From Takakia lepidozioides (Eukaryota > Plantae > Bryophyta), in NCBI GenBank assembly GCA_030704615.1, contig CM060731.1:84568001-84632000 (forward strand): 64,000 nucleotides of DNA. Direction: 5' to 3'. How positions within the stretch are numbered: the first letter of the stretch is position 1; every line of letters begins with the position of its first letter. Under the pieces are notes generated by a model that was not told where the DNA came from, did not search any database, and was given only the letters and a program-made list of their open reading frames with translations. This document shows positions 37,701-50,663 of this stretch, piece after piece. The position numbers and the translations under genes were made by a program.

Positions 37701-39008
37701 TTGAAATCATTTGTAAGACAAATGGCGCACCCGGAGGGTAGCATGGCGGAGGGGTATATGTTGCAAAAAACTATGTTCTATTACATGGAGTACATGACAA
37801 GGGTGGATGAGGAAGCCCCTCGGATGTGGAAGGAAGAGGAGGATGCACGAACCAATGACATTGTTTTGCCCAAAAAATCGAAGAGGATAAAATTGCCGAT
37901 TATGGTGATTGAGCAAGCGCATGAGGTCATACTGAAGAACACCCCATCCATATATGAGTGAGAGACAAAATACAATAACCTTGTTCAGCAACGACAGGAG
38001 GAGACGGCTGCGTGGAGGCGGAACCATGGAAGGGAGACTAGACACGCTCGGCGACGAGGAAGGGGCGCCCGACGTGGGAATGTTTCTTCACCAGACTTGC
38101 CCATGGAATTGCAGCCTCTAAGTCCATTCCGCCATTGGCTTCGGATTGAAGTTGAGGGCGCCATTGCTTGTGGTGAGGTGATTTTAGATTTGGTGCAAGA
38201 CATTGCAAGGGGCCCTTCTCAATTCGCGACCTCATACACGGCGGTTTGGGAGCACGGTAGTCATTTCCGCATCCGTGCTCTTGACATGAAGCGCAAAACA
38301 ACGTTTGATTTTGGCTTGTGTGCCACCTATTGGCAAGAGTCCGTGTGGGGCAAGGGAGATACACGACCTACCATGAGCACACTCAACTACATTGGGGAGC
38401 TTGAGAGCATACTCCAACTTCAGTCTACAAGGTACCAGCCTCTTATCTTCAAGGGAAGGTGGTTCCAACCACATATTACGGGGCCCTCCGCAACACTAGT
38501 GGAAGACGAGTGTGGTTTCTTGCGCGTCAATGCAAATAGGCTCACAAGTGCTCATCGTCCCTCCGATGAGCATTTTGCATGGCCTTCAGACATAGAGCTA
38601 GTTTTCTTATCCGAAGACAAAACAAGAGGCGGAAATTGGAAGGTGGTTGTGCATGATAAGCCAAGAGGAAGATGTATCTATCATGGTCGGGGATCCATTT
38701 GGGGCGAGGCAAATGTGGAGGAGGAAGAAATTGGTCATGATGATGCTGATGTTGGCCAAAGTTGGATAGAGGGGGTACAAGAGGATGTTGATGACGCCCC
38801 GGAGAATGCAGCCCGGACCCTATACGATGAGGTTCCATCAGATGCGGATGTTGGAGAAGAAGATGAAGACATGGTCATTGAAAACGAGGTAGAAGATGAT
38901 TCAGATGTGCCTTTTGCTGACCAGGCCATTTATGACGTCGATGACTCCGATGACCAAGAAGACTTGCAGCTTGATGAGGACGAAGAAGCTCTGGATGATG
39001 ATGTTTAA
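34738..39008 (+). pseudogene. CACTA TnpD-like transposase, copy 2
   Basis: Same motifs as copy 1 (RLGFSSDG, MHIEKNV, LKSHDYH, PPSFFDIQVHL); stops and frameshifts; intact 3' end EEALDDDV*. Confidence 0.92.
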
Positions 39009-39630
39009 GTTGATTAGACACGTAATCAAAGCCACATAACAATTTTTGCACAGAACTGTACCCATCCTTTCGATCAATTGTACATGTACATGCATGTAGT
39101 TTATTTCTATGATTTATCAATGAAAAATCCATGAAAAAAATCCTTTGGAGGTGTGGCGATCTTGGAATGATTCTAGTGAAGTTGTGACTCAAAAAGTGAC
39201 TCTAGGATTGTTGAATTTTTGTACGAGGGCAATAATGTTGGAAGACATGGTTCTTGTTCTACAAGTGCTGACCAAGACTTACCCCTGGAAATCCTTCAAT
39301 CGATTTGGTAACCATGATCTTGATGCAAAAGAAAGAATCCTCGAAATTGGTGTGAAAGACAATAATGTTGCCAAAGCCATTGCCAAGGCTGTTCAAGTGT
39401 TTGGGTGGGAAAATTTGTCCTTGCCTGTCATCAAGTTGGTGAAGGGATATGCATTAATTCAAGGTGATTCATTTGTCCAACTTGCAACCCCCCCTCTGTG
39501 ATGCCCCGCCGTCGCATGTCCCGGCTCCCTTGGGGCCTCCCTCTTCCCCTTCATGCCACCTTGCGACAGCTGGGCGTCGCCGATGGCCCCACCGACAATA
39601 AGACTCGCCGATAAGACTCGCCGAGGTTCT

Positions 39631-40053
39631 CTAGAAGTTATCTGACGTGAGAGCAAATGTTGTTTCGCGGTTCTAGGCTGGAGGGAGTTTGCATTCAACA
39701 ACGACTTCAAAATCGGAGACCAGCTTGTATTCACTCTCGTTTCACACTCTCGTTTTACCGTTCGAGTGTTTGACAAGTTTGGCAAACGAAGGCAAGCAAC
39801 TCCATCACCTAGGGAGTTTCCTTGGAGCCATACTGGGGTGGATTCATGGCTCCGTAGGATTGGGGTTCGTATCCACTGCCGGGCCAAAAGCTTGCAAAAG
39901 CGCAAGTACATAGTCGAGATTGAATCCGGCCTGAAAACACTGCCAAAGCCAGATACTAATGTTCCACACAATGTAACTAACATGATGAAGTCATTCCCAA
40001 CGAATGTTTCCAGCAGCTCTGAGCAACACGAGTTATCTCCAAGAGTTGATTGA
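39631..40053 (+). pseudogene. Captured B3 DNA-binding-domain fragment (REM-like)
   Basis: The frame of ORF 39766 extends upstream as LGWREFAFNNDFKIGDQLVFTLVSHSRFTVRVFD, the B3 C-terminal half; stop at 39643-39645. Confidence 0.75.
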
Positions 40054-41128
40054 GAAAACAATGGATGTGGGCATATTGCAGAAGGAGTCTCATTTCTTCC
40101 TAAAGACGGTTTTTCAAAGCTCAATGGCCTAGCGCCCCCACCGGGAAGGGAGAGAGGGGGAGAGAGAGGGAGAAAGAGAGGAACAGAGGGAGAGGGACAG
40201 AGGGACAAGAGGGAGAGGGATAGAGGGAGAGAGATAGAGGGGCAAAAAAAAAAAAAGGGTGGGGGAAACCCCCCAGTGTCCTATCCCCCGTCCCCGCCCC
40301 CTCTCCCTGCCCTTTAAAGTTCAAACACAAAGGCAGCATTCACTAGCGACCCATCCGTCGCAAGAAAAAAAACCCGTCGCAAGGGTGGGCTGCCTTTTTG
40401 CCCTCCATTGTACCTTGCAACACCCGAGCGTCACAGCCAGGCCCCGGCGCTAGGCCCTGTAACTCAAAGAAAAAGGCAGCGTTGACTAGCGACTCCCATC
40501 CGTCGCAAGAAAAAAACCCGTCGCAAGCCACTGCGCCTTTTTGCCCTTCATTTCACCTTGCGACACCCGGACGTTGCAGCCTGCCCCCTGCGCTGGGTCC
40601 AACCCACCTGGCGACACGCGGGCGTGGCAAGATGCCACGCCGCGCCGGATGGCAACGCCGGGGCGTCGCACGCTCAGCGCCGCTCCACGCGCGGGGGCAT
40701 GGCTGGTGTCGCTAACCCCCCTTATTTGCAATAGTGCTCATCTCCTTCTCGCCTCTTTCCTCTCTCTTCTCAATTTCCTCCTCAAATTTGGAGTTGACGA
40801 GCTCTGCTCGGACGCAATAGGACACCTCGGGTGCGAAGGTTCCTCCCCGATCGCGCTATCTATGTACACCCCAATGAATATAGGAGAGGAGCCTGGGGAA
40901 AGAGTCCCTCAAAACCCTACGTTATGCGTTCTACAACATTGTCTCAATTTTTTGAAAATGGTTTAGGGTTTAAGGTATGTAGAATTGTAAGTTTAGCTGA
41001 TCGTTCTAGAGTTCTGGACAGCACACCCTCACTCGTCTCTTGGCCTCCAAGGCCTCTTCGTATTTCTGAGTTGTCTGTTCACATTCACTCATTGAAGGGA
41101 CATTGAAATTGAATATATCAACAAGCAT

Positions 41129-41340
41129 TTGCATGATCTGCCAGCGCTCATGAACACGGAGGTGTGGAGTAGGCTGCCTTGCGATTTACTGGACAGAGTG
41201 GTGACGTGCTTATCTCTTTTCCGCTTAGGGATGGTGTGCAAGCGGTGGCAATCATTGCCAACAACTCGGGATTTATGCTTCTCCGCAACCAACTCATGCT
41301 CCATCACGTCCTTCTTATACGTTGAAAGTAGAACCTGTGA
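41129..41340 (+). pseudogene. F-box gene fragment
   Basis: MNTEVWSRLPCDLLDRVVTCL..FRLGMVCKRWQSL; no downstream domain visible. Confidence 0.7.
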
Positions 41341-42039
41341 ATTTTCGAGCTGCCAGGCTCAACGCAGACTAATGTTCAGCTTACTAATACTCACTAATAC
41401 GCTGCGCAATCACTAAGCAGACAATGAACTTATGAAGTTCACTAATGCACGCGCACGCTGTGCGCCAGAGAATGGAAAAATTGCAGTACGCTAGGAATTT
41501 GTGCCACGCGTCCATTTTCAATACTGAGATGCTGACTCATCAGGCTTGCGATTCATTTGCCACAGTGATATGACACATCTCACACTTATGCCCAATAAAA
41601 CACATAAAATATCATACATATAACATGGGCAACTCTAAGCCTCGTACCATTGACCGTTCAGGTGTGACATAAACCAGAGAGGGTGTGAGACATCCCACAA
41701 TTCGTGGTCGGGCTTTGTGCCACAGTTTGGTTACTCCACACATATGTGATAAAATGTGTGGGTATACATAGTGTGAACACCCCCATTCCTGTTCTAGTGA
41801 AACTTGTGGGTGCATGTATCTAGCCCTTTCTCTATGTGTAACATGGCTGCCTCACGATCCCTAGCAAATTGAGCCTTCTTCTTGGCATTAGCCTCATCGG
41901 CAATGCGAATGTCCTATGACTCCTAAACAACCAACCACTACATTAGCTTTACTTTCTCAAATTGAAGCATGCATGGATTATTAACATCTTGCACATGTCC
42001 ACAAATATAATGAATGAAATAGAAATGAAGGTGTGGAGT

Positions 42040-42614
42040 TCATACCTCAGTGATGGTCACTGGCCTTTGGGCAATGACCCCCTTCTTTGTTGCTCGCCGG
42101 ATCTCCTTCCTTGCACGATATCGCCTGTTCTTGAGGTTCTTTCGATCAACTCCATCAACCGGCTCTCACTCCAACCACCTAAATGACTTCTCCAAATCGG
42201 CTATAAGTGCTCTACAGTACTCCCATGGTTGTTGAGACCAATCTAGATGGCAAGAGAACCATTGGGCCGCTTTTGGAAAGGTAAACCTCTTCAACGCTTC
42301 CCAAAACTCTCCAATATATATTGGATACCCATACTCGTTGACCTCTAGAGGTGGCCTCACAAGCTTCATACTTCCGAACTGGTTGGCAATGCCCTCCTTC
42401 GCGTCCTCTTCTCTCTGATCTGCATCTTCCTCCCCTCCCCCATCGTCTGTTTCATCCACCTGCTCATGTCCTCCCCGACGTCGGGTCCCTGCAGCCGGAG
42501 AAGTACTGTCAAAGGCCAACCGCGGTGCTTTCTTCGGCTTCTGTTTTTTTTTTTTTTTTTGGGTTGCGCAACAGTTGCTTTAAGAGTCTCAACGGCTTGG
42601 TCCAAATGTTGCAC
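42040..42614 (-). pseudogene. Degenerate exon, possibly a transposon accessory (TnpA-like) protein
   Basis: Protein-like EVNEYGYPIYIGEFWEALK...LDWSQQPW, with a frameshift at a T run and a stop. The family assignment is only a resemblance. Confidence 0.3.
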
Positions 42615-43409
42615 AACAATATGTATTCAGTCTTTGTAATGGGTGGCAATGGAATGGCACGCAAAGGCTCTCCACAGATAAACTTTCCATGAGCCTTCTT
42701 CTCCTCCTTAAGTATGAAATTTGGAGGGCAATTGAGCCACCAATTGCTCTGCTCATTCAGAACTCAAACATACTTCATGAATGTTGTATACGGAGCACGT
42801 TGACCTCTCGTCTGCCCACTGTATTAACATCACAATGATCACATGGATGTACTTCTTGGGCAGTAGATAACATTCAGGTACGACCTGCAGAATGAACAGC
42901 AGTTAATCCTACTGAGACCTTACATGAAAAAATAGAAAGCCCACGGAGAATCGGTGCTGATTTATGTGACCACCACAAATCATCCTAATGGTTAATGGTT
43001 AATAACATCGACGCCGATTTGCCAATCTACTGGGCTTCATGAACTCCAAACAATACTGCAAGGATTGGAAATCAGCATCGATTATCTTCTCTACTGCGTT
43101 TCATACATGCAAAGACAATGCCATGCCTAGATAATCGGCGCCAATTATACTGTCCACTAGGCTGCATCCACATACCAAAACAAGGCACTGCCACAACAAC
43201 AAAATGAAGAAGAAGCATTGCATTAATGATACCCCTCTCACAATCAGAGAGTTGGGGGAGGGTAGTGGAAAATGAGATATTGGAGGAGGTTCTCTAGAAG
43301 GAGAACCTTGTAAGCGCGGGAAGAGAGGGAAGAAGTGGGGGCAGGAGTTGCCTGTGAAGGACTCGGATAGCCTCCACTCGCTCTTTGGAGGCAAAAGAGG
43401 CGACCGCAA

Positions 43410-43720
43410 ATGGTGGCTGCTTTGGATCTCTACGAGGCTCGCGCCTTGCAACAAACAATGCCCATTACTAAGATGATTTGCATGCGATGTGACTTTTACG
43501 AGCTTGTGGTCTGCCGTCTCCCAACAAAAGCAAACACAGTTGCATGGCCGAAAGAGGCGGATATGATTACTGCATTCCTCAAGAAACACCGGAATCCTTA
43601 GGTTTCCATTATTAGGCACAGTGCTTTTGATTCCAACAGGGCAAGTGCGGAGCTAGTGTTGGTGGATATTCCTGACGGTCAAAAGGTGCCTGGGTGTGGA
43701 GTGGAGGAGATCATTTCAGT
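43410..43720 (+). pseudogene. Second, diverged fragment of the DIPDG methyltransferase-like family
   Basis: In frame after one stop: ASAELVLVDIPDGQKVPGCGV (DIPDG at 43665-43679), versus RACDMILLDIPDGELLEGLDGV near 4420. Confidence 0.55.
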
Positions 43721-43726
43721 CTTAAT

Positions 43727-43845
43727 GGAGAAATTTATGATCACCTAAGTCTATCACTTACTACCCACAAGGCAATGGACAGATTGAGTCAACCAATAAG
43801 GTACTGGGGACAATGTTAGCAAAGCTCGGTAATGCTGACAGAATG
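43727..43845 (+). mobile_element. Gypsy integrase fragment
   Basis: TYYPQGNGQIESTNKVLGTMLAK. Confidence 0.75.
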
Positions 43846-44103
43846 GTGTCCAATCCTTGATGTGTTTGACATGGTCGAATACTACCAACTTGTGTGCAGA
43901 TCTCCCTCACTCATGTGACGCACAAGATCAATACCACTCCCGGTACCAGCAACAAACATCTTAAAAACATGGGGGAGGTGAAAAGTATGTTGGCCTGGAA
44001 AGAGGCTCCTATGAATGTAATGGTATGTACTTTGACGCTTCAACTCCAATATAGACATGATGTCATTGACTCGAGCAGATGCAATATTATTTTTACATTG
44101 ATC

Positions 44104-44290
44104 TCACATGGCCAGAGGCGGAGCCATAGACCACCTGTCCACCCTGTGCTTCATAAGCTCGTTGACAATGCCATCAGGACCATCAACTTTATATCCGTTT
44201 AAATGCTCAATTGCTTCATCAATCTCATGAGAACTACTGGGAGCATTGTAAGCCTTTGAATCATACTCCAATTCATCAGGGCTGTTTTGA
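44104..44290 (-). mobile_element. LINE reverse transcriptase N-terminal fragment
   Basis: EIDEAIEHLNGYKVDGPDGIVNELMK resembles the KAPGPDG motif. Confidence 0.6.
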
Positions 44291-44551
44291 ATCATAGGAA
44301 CAGTTTTGCCAACTTTGTCCCTCCATTCTTGACAGGACGGGCCGGGAGGGAGGAAGGAGATCTTACCTCAATCCAAGCGCTGCTGCTGCCGCCCTCAGCT
44401 GCTGCTGCCAACGTTGGCGCAGCAAACCCCCGCTCCTCTCTCTCTCTCTCCCCCCGCGAAAACCGCGTCTCTGCCCCTTCGTTTGCTCCCCGCCTCTGCG
44501 CGGCGCTTCTACCACATAAGAGAGAGAGAGGTGAGCTGGGAGGATATGGTC

Positions 44552-47322
44552 GAGGGCAACAAAGGTGTGAGCAGAACTTGTGAGCAGATTCCCCCAAGCG
44601 TGAGCAAATTATTGATGCGGACCCTAAAAGCGAGGGAACAAGTGGGCCTATTGCCGTGGACACAAACTCCACTGCAACGACGCAATCTTCTCTCCATCGG
44701 ACCGAAGACAAACAGGCTCCATGACGACAATGTGGCACGAATGTGCGATGAAAAACTGACGGATGAATGTAAAAGGGAATGGATGAACATTGGATGAGTG
44801 TCGGATGAAAAATTGCCTAGATGAGTGAACCATGCATGACTGCAACAACATGTATCCTTACCGATCAGCATGTGCGCAGGGATCCACGTGTAGTTGAGTT
44901 TAAATAAGTGTATTTTAATTTGGCGGAAGCTTAATTCCGGCCCAGAAGACCAGCCAGGTCAAGCTGGCGTCAACGCCACCTTCATCTGGCACATTCAGAG
45001 GGGAAAAATAATAAATAATAAATTTTTATTTTTTTATTTTTTGGAAAACTTGCAAATGAACCCAACCCCTGCTTTGCAAGCAAAAGACATGGCGTTTACC
45101 CAGCATGGATTTTTGGTCACCTGGAAGAAGGACATGACAACGAATCATAAGCCGAGCAATTTGTAGATGTCATTCACCCCAAATAGTACACCAGAAGACT
45201 AGCCATATTAAAGTGTCGTTGACTACACCTTAATCTGGCACATTCGGGGAAAATAAAATAATAATTAATAATATATATATATATATATATATATATGAAA
45301 ACTTGCAAATGAACCCAGCCCTTGCTTTGCAACAAAAGCCCTGCCGTTTACCCAGCATGGATTTCTGGTCACCTGGAAGAAGGACATGACAACGAATTAT
45401 AAGCCGAGTAATTTGTAGATGCCATTCACCCCAAATAGCACACCAAAAGACCAGCCAGATTAAGGTGTCGTTGACTACACCTTAATCTGGCACATTCGGG
45501 GAAAATAAAATAATAAAATAAAAATTGAAAAATAATATTATTTTATTATTATTTTTTGAAAACTTGCAAATGAACCCAGCCCTTGCTTTGCAACAAAAGC
45601 CCTGCCGTTTACCCAACATGGATTTCTGGTCACCTGGAAGAAGGACATGACAACGAATTATAAGCCGAATAATTTGTAGATGCCATTCACCCCATATAGC
45701 ACACCAAAAGACCAGCCAGATTAAGGTGTCGTTGATGACACCTTAATCTGGCACATTCAGGGAAAAATAAAATAAAATAAAATAGTATATATATATATAT
45801 TTCTTGGGAAAACTTGCAAATGAACCCAACCCCTGCTTTGCAAGCAAAAGACTTGGCGTTTACCCAACATGGATTTTTGATCACATGGAAGAAGGATATG
45901 ACAATGTATCATAAGTTATGTGGTCCGAGCAATTTGTAGATGTCATTCACCCCAAATAACACACCCGATTGTGCCAGATTAAGGTGTCGTTGACGACACC
46001 TTAATCTGGCACATTCGGGGAAAATAAATAAATAAATAAATATATTTTGTTGGAAGACTTGCAAATGAACCCAACCCCTGCTTTGCGAGCAAAAGACTTG
46101 GCGTTTACCCAACATGGACTTTTGGTCACATGGATATGGTAATGAATCATAAGTTATGTGGTCCGAGCAATTTGTAGATGCCATTCACCCCAAATAACAC
46201 ACCAAAAGACTAGCTAGATTAAGGTGACGTCAACGACACCTTAATCTGGCACATTCGGGAAAAAATAAAAAAAATAAAAAAATAGAAAACTTGCAAATGA
46301 ACCCAACCCCTGTTTTGCAAGCAAAAGACCTAGCGTTTACCCAACATGAATTTCTGGTCACATGGAAGAATGACATGACAACGAATCATAAGTTATGTGG
46401 TCCGAGCAATTTGTAGATGCCATTCACCCCAAATAACACACCAGAAGACTAGCCAGATTAAAGTAGATTAAGGTGTCGTTCACCTTAATCTGGCACATTT
46501 GGGGAAAAATAAAATTAAATAAAAATTGGAAAACTTGCAAATGAACCCAACCCCTGCTTTGGAAGCAAAAGACCTGGCGTTTACCCAACATGGATTTCTG
46601 GTCACATGGAAGAAGGACATGACAACAAATCATAAGTTATGCGGTCCGAACAATTTGTAGATGCCATTCACCCCAAATAACACACCATAAGACGTTACAG
46701 ATGCCATGTTATGCGGAGGCTGTAGCTTGCAAATTTAGTCTCATCTCTTCTCTCCCTCTTGTGCTTTACGACAGAGAGGATTTTGTGCAGAGCAAGGCTA
46801 GTGTTTTCATAGACAGTTCTGCCTTCGTTTTGGACTCCGACTCCAGTAGCAGTGGATATTCTTCGTTGGAATGAATCGGCTGTTTTCAAACGATTTATAT
46901 TAAAGCACCAAACGGCCTCTCCACCTTCTTTGCAATTGGGTGTCAGCATCTCTCTCGACTTAGGATACCTGGTGAAAGGACAACCACAACCCTCTGCAGT
47001 TGGCAGATGTTCACTCTAGAGCTCGGGGGATTTGGCAACCACTACTCAAAATGCTTTTTAATTTTGTATTCAACCACAAACTACATTCATCCATGTGCCA
47101 TTCGTCCAACATACATTCATCGCCCATTCATCCATCATTCATCCGTCATTCATCCATAACGGTGAATTGGTATGCATGTTATACTGGACACTACCCGCAG
47201 TAATAGGTCCTCTAAGCCGAATATGTGTCCGCGGTTATAGGTGAGCACATCCAGAAGCGTGAGCGGAATTCTGCTCACGGAATTTTCTGCTCACGGATTC
47301 TGCTCACTGTTTAGCAATGCCC
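44552..47322. mobile_element. Non-autonomous MULE-like element filled with a tandem array
   Basis: 9-bp TSD GATATGGTC (44543-44551) / GATATAGTC (47323-47331). At both ends GTGAGCAGAA begins 15 bp in, in inverted orientation, and is repeated. Inverted GGATGAA/TTCATCC subterminal tracts. Confidence 0.75.
44930..46690. repeat. Seven tandem units of about 240-260 bp, each with a hairpin of about 40 bp and a variable AT tract
   Basis: CACATT anchor at about 44990, 45239, 45491, 45752, 46010, 46250 and 46494. Best hairpin at 45970-46013, with 21-bp perfect arms. Confidence 0.93.
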
Positions 47323-48270
47323 GATATAGTCTTAGGGCAATTTTGAAAAGCAAGAGAGCAAGGAGAGGCGCGGCTTACCTGCGCGGCGCTGGAGGTCGCA
47401 ACACTTGAGGCAGTGCAGGGAATAAATGCCACTTCTAGGAACCACCATAGGGATCTAACAAAAGATGATCCTTCCTCCACAATTGGAGGGGGGAGGGGCG
47501 CAGGTCATAGGCCACTAACCTCCTAGCACTGACTCTTTGCTAGTAAGCAGTTATATCTCTGCTGCTTTCTTGTCATGTTGTAAACAGCCTTGGAAGGTTT
47601 CTGACCTTGAGCTGGCCCACCTGTGACTTCTTCTCAACCTCCAACCAATAACGTGCCTCATAATAAGATGGTTTACCATTATTTGCCGAGTGCATAGAAG
47701 CATTATTGCAGCCTAACATAATCTTGCTATCGAGACAGGGAAGATGGAAGGAAATGAAGAAATGTCATAACCTCCAGCAAGCGGTAAGGAGAAGAAACTT
47801 AGAAACAGTACCAATTTCTTCGTCAATGCCCATATCCTTGTATAAAGCAAAGACAAACAGGCAGCACATGATCGGACAAACAGTGCCTTATGTGTAGGCT
47901 AGAAGAAGTAGGTGACTTTGATTTCATAAGCTCTAGAAGAAACCCACAGCCTTGCCAAATCTGACAAAAAGTGATGAGTCACAATGTTGCAGAATTTGGA
48001 CCAACGTACTCGCATTCGGTGAGTCCACGGTTGCGATATAAGCGAATGAAAAGCAAACATGTTGAGGGCGAGCACCTCAAGTCTCAAGCAGGGACACCAT
48101 CGTTGCCTGCTCTCGGAGCTTTCATTCTCAAAGACAGTAGCAATCGGATGGCTGATAAATAAGACCAAGCTTTACAGTTTCTACTTATATTGACAAAGTC
48201 TACCCTCTAGTTTTCAAGGACAACAAACCTTGTGCATATGAGTACTGATGAGCGTTCTGACGTTGAACAG

Positions 48271-48495
48271 GCAAGAAGAGCTTTGCGTGTCCTGAAAGGG
48301 TTGGTGCGGCTGCAAGCACTGGTGCGGGGCCACACAGTGCGAAGGTAGGCTGCCAGTACCCTGCGGTGCATGCAAGCGCTGGTGCGAGTGCAGGCTCGAG
48401 TGCGAGCACGCCGTGTTCGAATGTCACGGCAGGGCCAGACCGTCCAGCATACCATTAGGCAACATCGTCTTGAGGCCCAGCAGCATGATTCTGAG
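48271..48495 (+). pseudogene. Isolated IQ67-domain exon (IQD family) with premature stop
   Basis: CAG|[47 protein letters not shown]...|GT. The acceptor lies at the conserved phase-0 IQ67 intron position; TAG at 48346-48348. Confidence 0.88.
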
Positions 48496-50663
48496 GTGAC
48501 ATTTGCACGTTGCACTAGCGTCAGAATGCTTTGGCATAGCTTCCCAGAGTTTTCCTTAAGGGCCACAAACAATCTACCTTCTGTTCTTTACAGAGAAAAT
48601 GGCTTGCTACTGCTGCCTTACTACTGGCCAATATGAACAAGCCAAGGACAGAAAACAGTGCCTTATGTGTAGGCTAGAAGAAGCAGGTGAGATCTCCGCT
48701 GTTTTTGTTCGAAAACAGTAGGGTACAGCTTCTATCTCAACAAGTCATGATAATGACCTCCCACTGACGAGACGAGGAGAAATTCCCATTTACTATATTC
48801 ACGCATTCGACGCTTTCAATTCGAGTACAACAACAAACTCCAAATCACAAAATCCATCACATTCTCTACTAGAATGGGAAACACAAACCAAATTATTCCC
48901 TCAATTTCCCAAACGCCACTCGTTCTACCGATTTCCATGCCCCGACCAAACATATCCATCGGTGTTCCTACTCAAACACAAAACAGACCCCAAAAAACGT
49001 GCACTCATTCAGATTCTCCATTTCAAACGGTACAAAGCAAATTCCAAGCACTCCCGCTACCAGACTTTATAGCATTGCAGAGATTACGAAACACCGAGGC
49101 ATGTAGTCTGCATACCGGGACTTCCATCATGAGCGACATGCTGTGCGACAATCGAAGACCGTGCCTCCCTTCCGCTCGATGGCGCCACTGCTCAAATTCC
49201 CTCCCTCTTGCGGCTTTTCTAAGACTCTTCTTTCCTTTCCCTTTAATGGACTGTACAGCACCTGCAGTGAACAATCAGCCATCAGAAGCCAACGTGAAGA
49301 AAGCTAACGCTTTTGACCAAATCGCAACTGCACCGGATAAGCGAAAACTTGCGGAGGACGTGAAAATCATTCAAGATCACGTTCTTGAGCTCTACTAGGC
49401 ATCCGATGGACGCCTGCTCAAGTTCTGGGCCAAGGTGCTAGAGAATGCCAAACGTTTCTAGAGCCGCTCCTGGATACCTATGCTCATCCTGTTGAACAGT
49501 TGCAGTACACACACAGAATAAAAGGGAAAAAATCCACAGGTCGTGCTCTTTGCGAGAAATCAGAGAGAGAGAGAGTCTTGTTCTTGAAAGAGAGAGAGGC
49601 TCGCCTACGCTCTTGCGCACAGACCAGCGAGGGAGCGACTTGCGGTTTGCGAGCTTGTAGGGGGCGGGAAAGAGAGAGAGAGACTCGCCTACACTCTTGC
49701 GCACGGACCAGCGAGGGAGCGACGTGATGTTTGCGAGCTTGCAAGGGGCGGAAAGCTTGCAAGGTGGACGTGGATGGCGCGGGAAAGCCCAAAGCCCACG
49801 TCAATCGCAAATCACATTTAGTTCAATGGAAACGTAGAATGTAGGCACTCTTGTCGCTTGCGATGAGCCGACATGGCACTACTAGTGCCACAATGTACTA
49901 TTTTTTATGGGCGGGCGGGTAGGACCTTCGTACAACTACCACGAACGGGCAGATTTCAAAGAAAACAAAACTTGCGGCCTTCCTAAGGGCTCACTTAGCT
50001 TATAACAGGTGTCTCTATTCTGCCCTAGATACATCTCTACAGCTTGCATGTATCAAGCATCAACAAATCGTCTCTCCTCCTTCACCGTGCTCTCCATCCC
50101 TGTGCTCAAGATCGTGCTTCTCCCCACGATGCTCGTCGTGATCCATGAAGTGACCCCCTCCATGTAGCTACTTTGTCTATTCTACCTGCAAGCTGTTCTA
50201 ACCGCCTAATTAACTAACTGTCATCCAAGACAGAACGCACGTTCCATCTGTAGATGTCGTTCCCACACAATTGTTCCCTCCCGTGATGACAGTTCCCTGT
50301 AAACGCTGTGACGGCCTGTGATAGTTGTGACGCGCGTCACGCTGTGACGGACTGTGTCGGGCTGTGAAGGCTATGTAAGGCCGTGACAGGCTGTGATAGG
50401 CTGTGTAAGCTTGTGACTGTTGACTGTATGAGCCTGTCTGCCACCCCTAAGGCCTGTGTTAGTCTGAGTCTACCACCCTTAAGTCTGCGCAAAATTAAGG
50501 GTACCCCACAGAACTTGTAAAACTGTCTAAGTCCCAAACAGCCCTCTAACATCTTTCCATTCTCGTTTCATTGCTCTGCATTGTCTTTCTTTGGATTTGG
50601 TAGTCTGTTTTTAGTGTTGAGCGAGAATTGCTGTAGAAAGAGTGCTTCTTGAGAGAGAGATGA

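Larger units (their letters stand above)
33100..40736 (+). mobile_element. CACTA copy 2, inverted relative to copy 1, 5' end missing
   Basis: Collinear homology with 16345-22730 (reverse complement). Subterminal GCGAC repeats at 40340-40715. The end ...GTCGCTAACCCCCCTTATTTGCAATAGTG (40736) resembles the 1802 terminus. Left limit approximate. Confidence 0.85.

Noticed and set aside
49874-49890. TGGCACTACTAGTGCCA palindrome as a Helitron 3' hairpin or fused CACTA ends
   Set aside because: No CTRR terminus at the expected distance and no matching TSD; too short to support a call.
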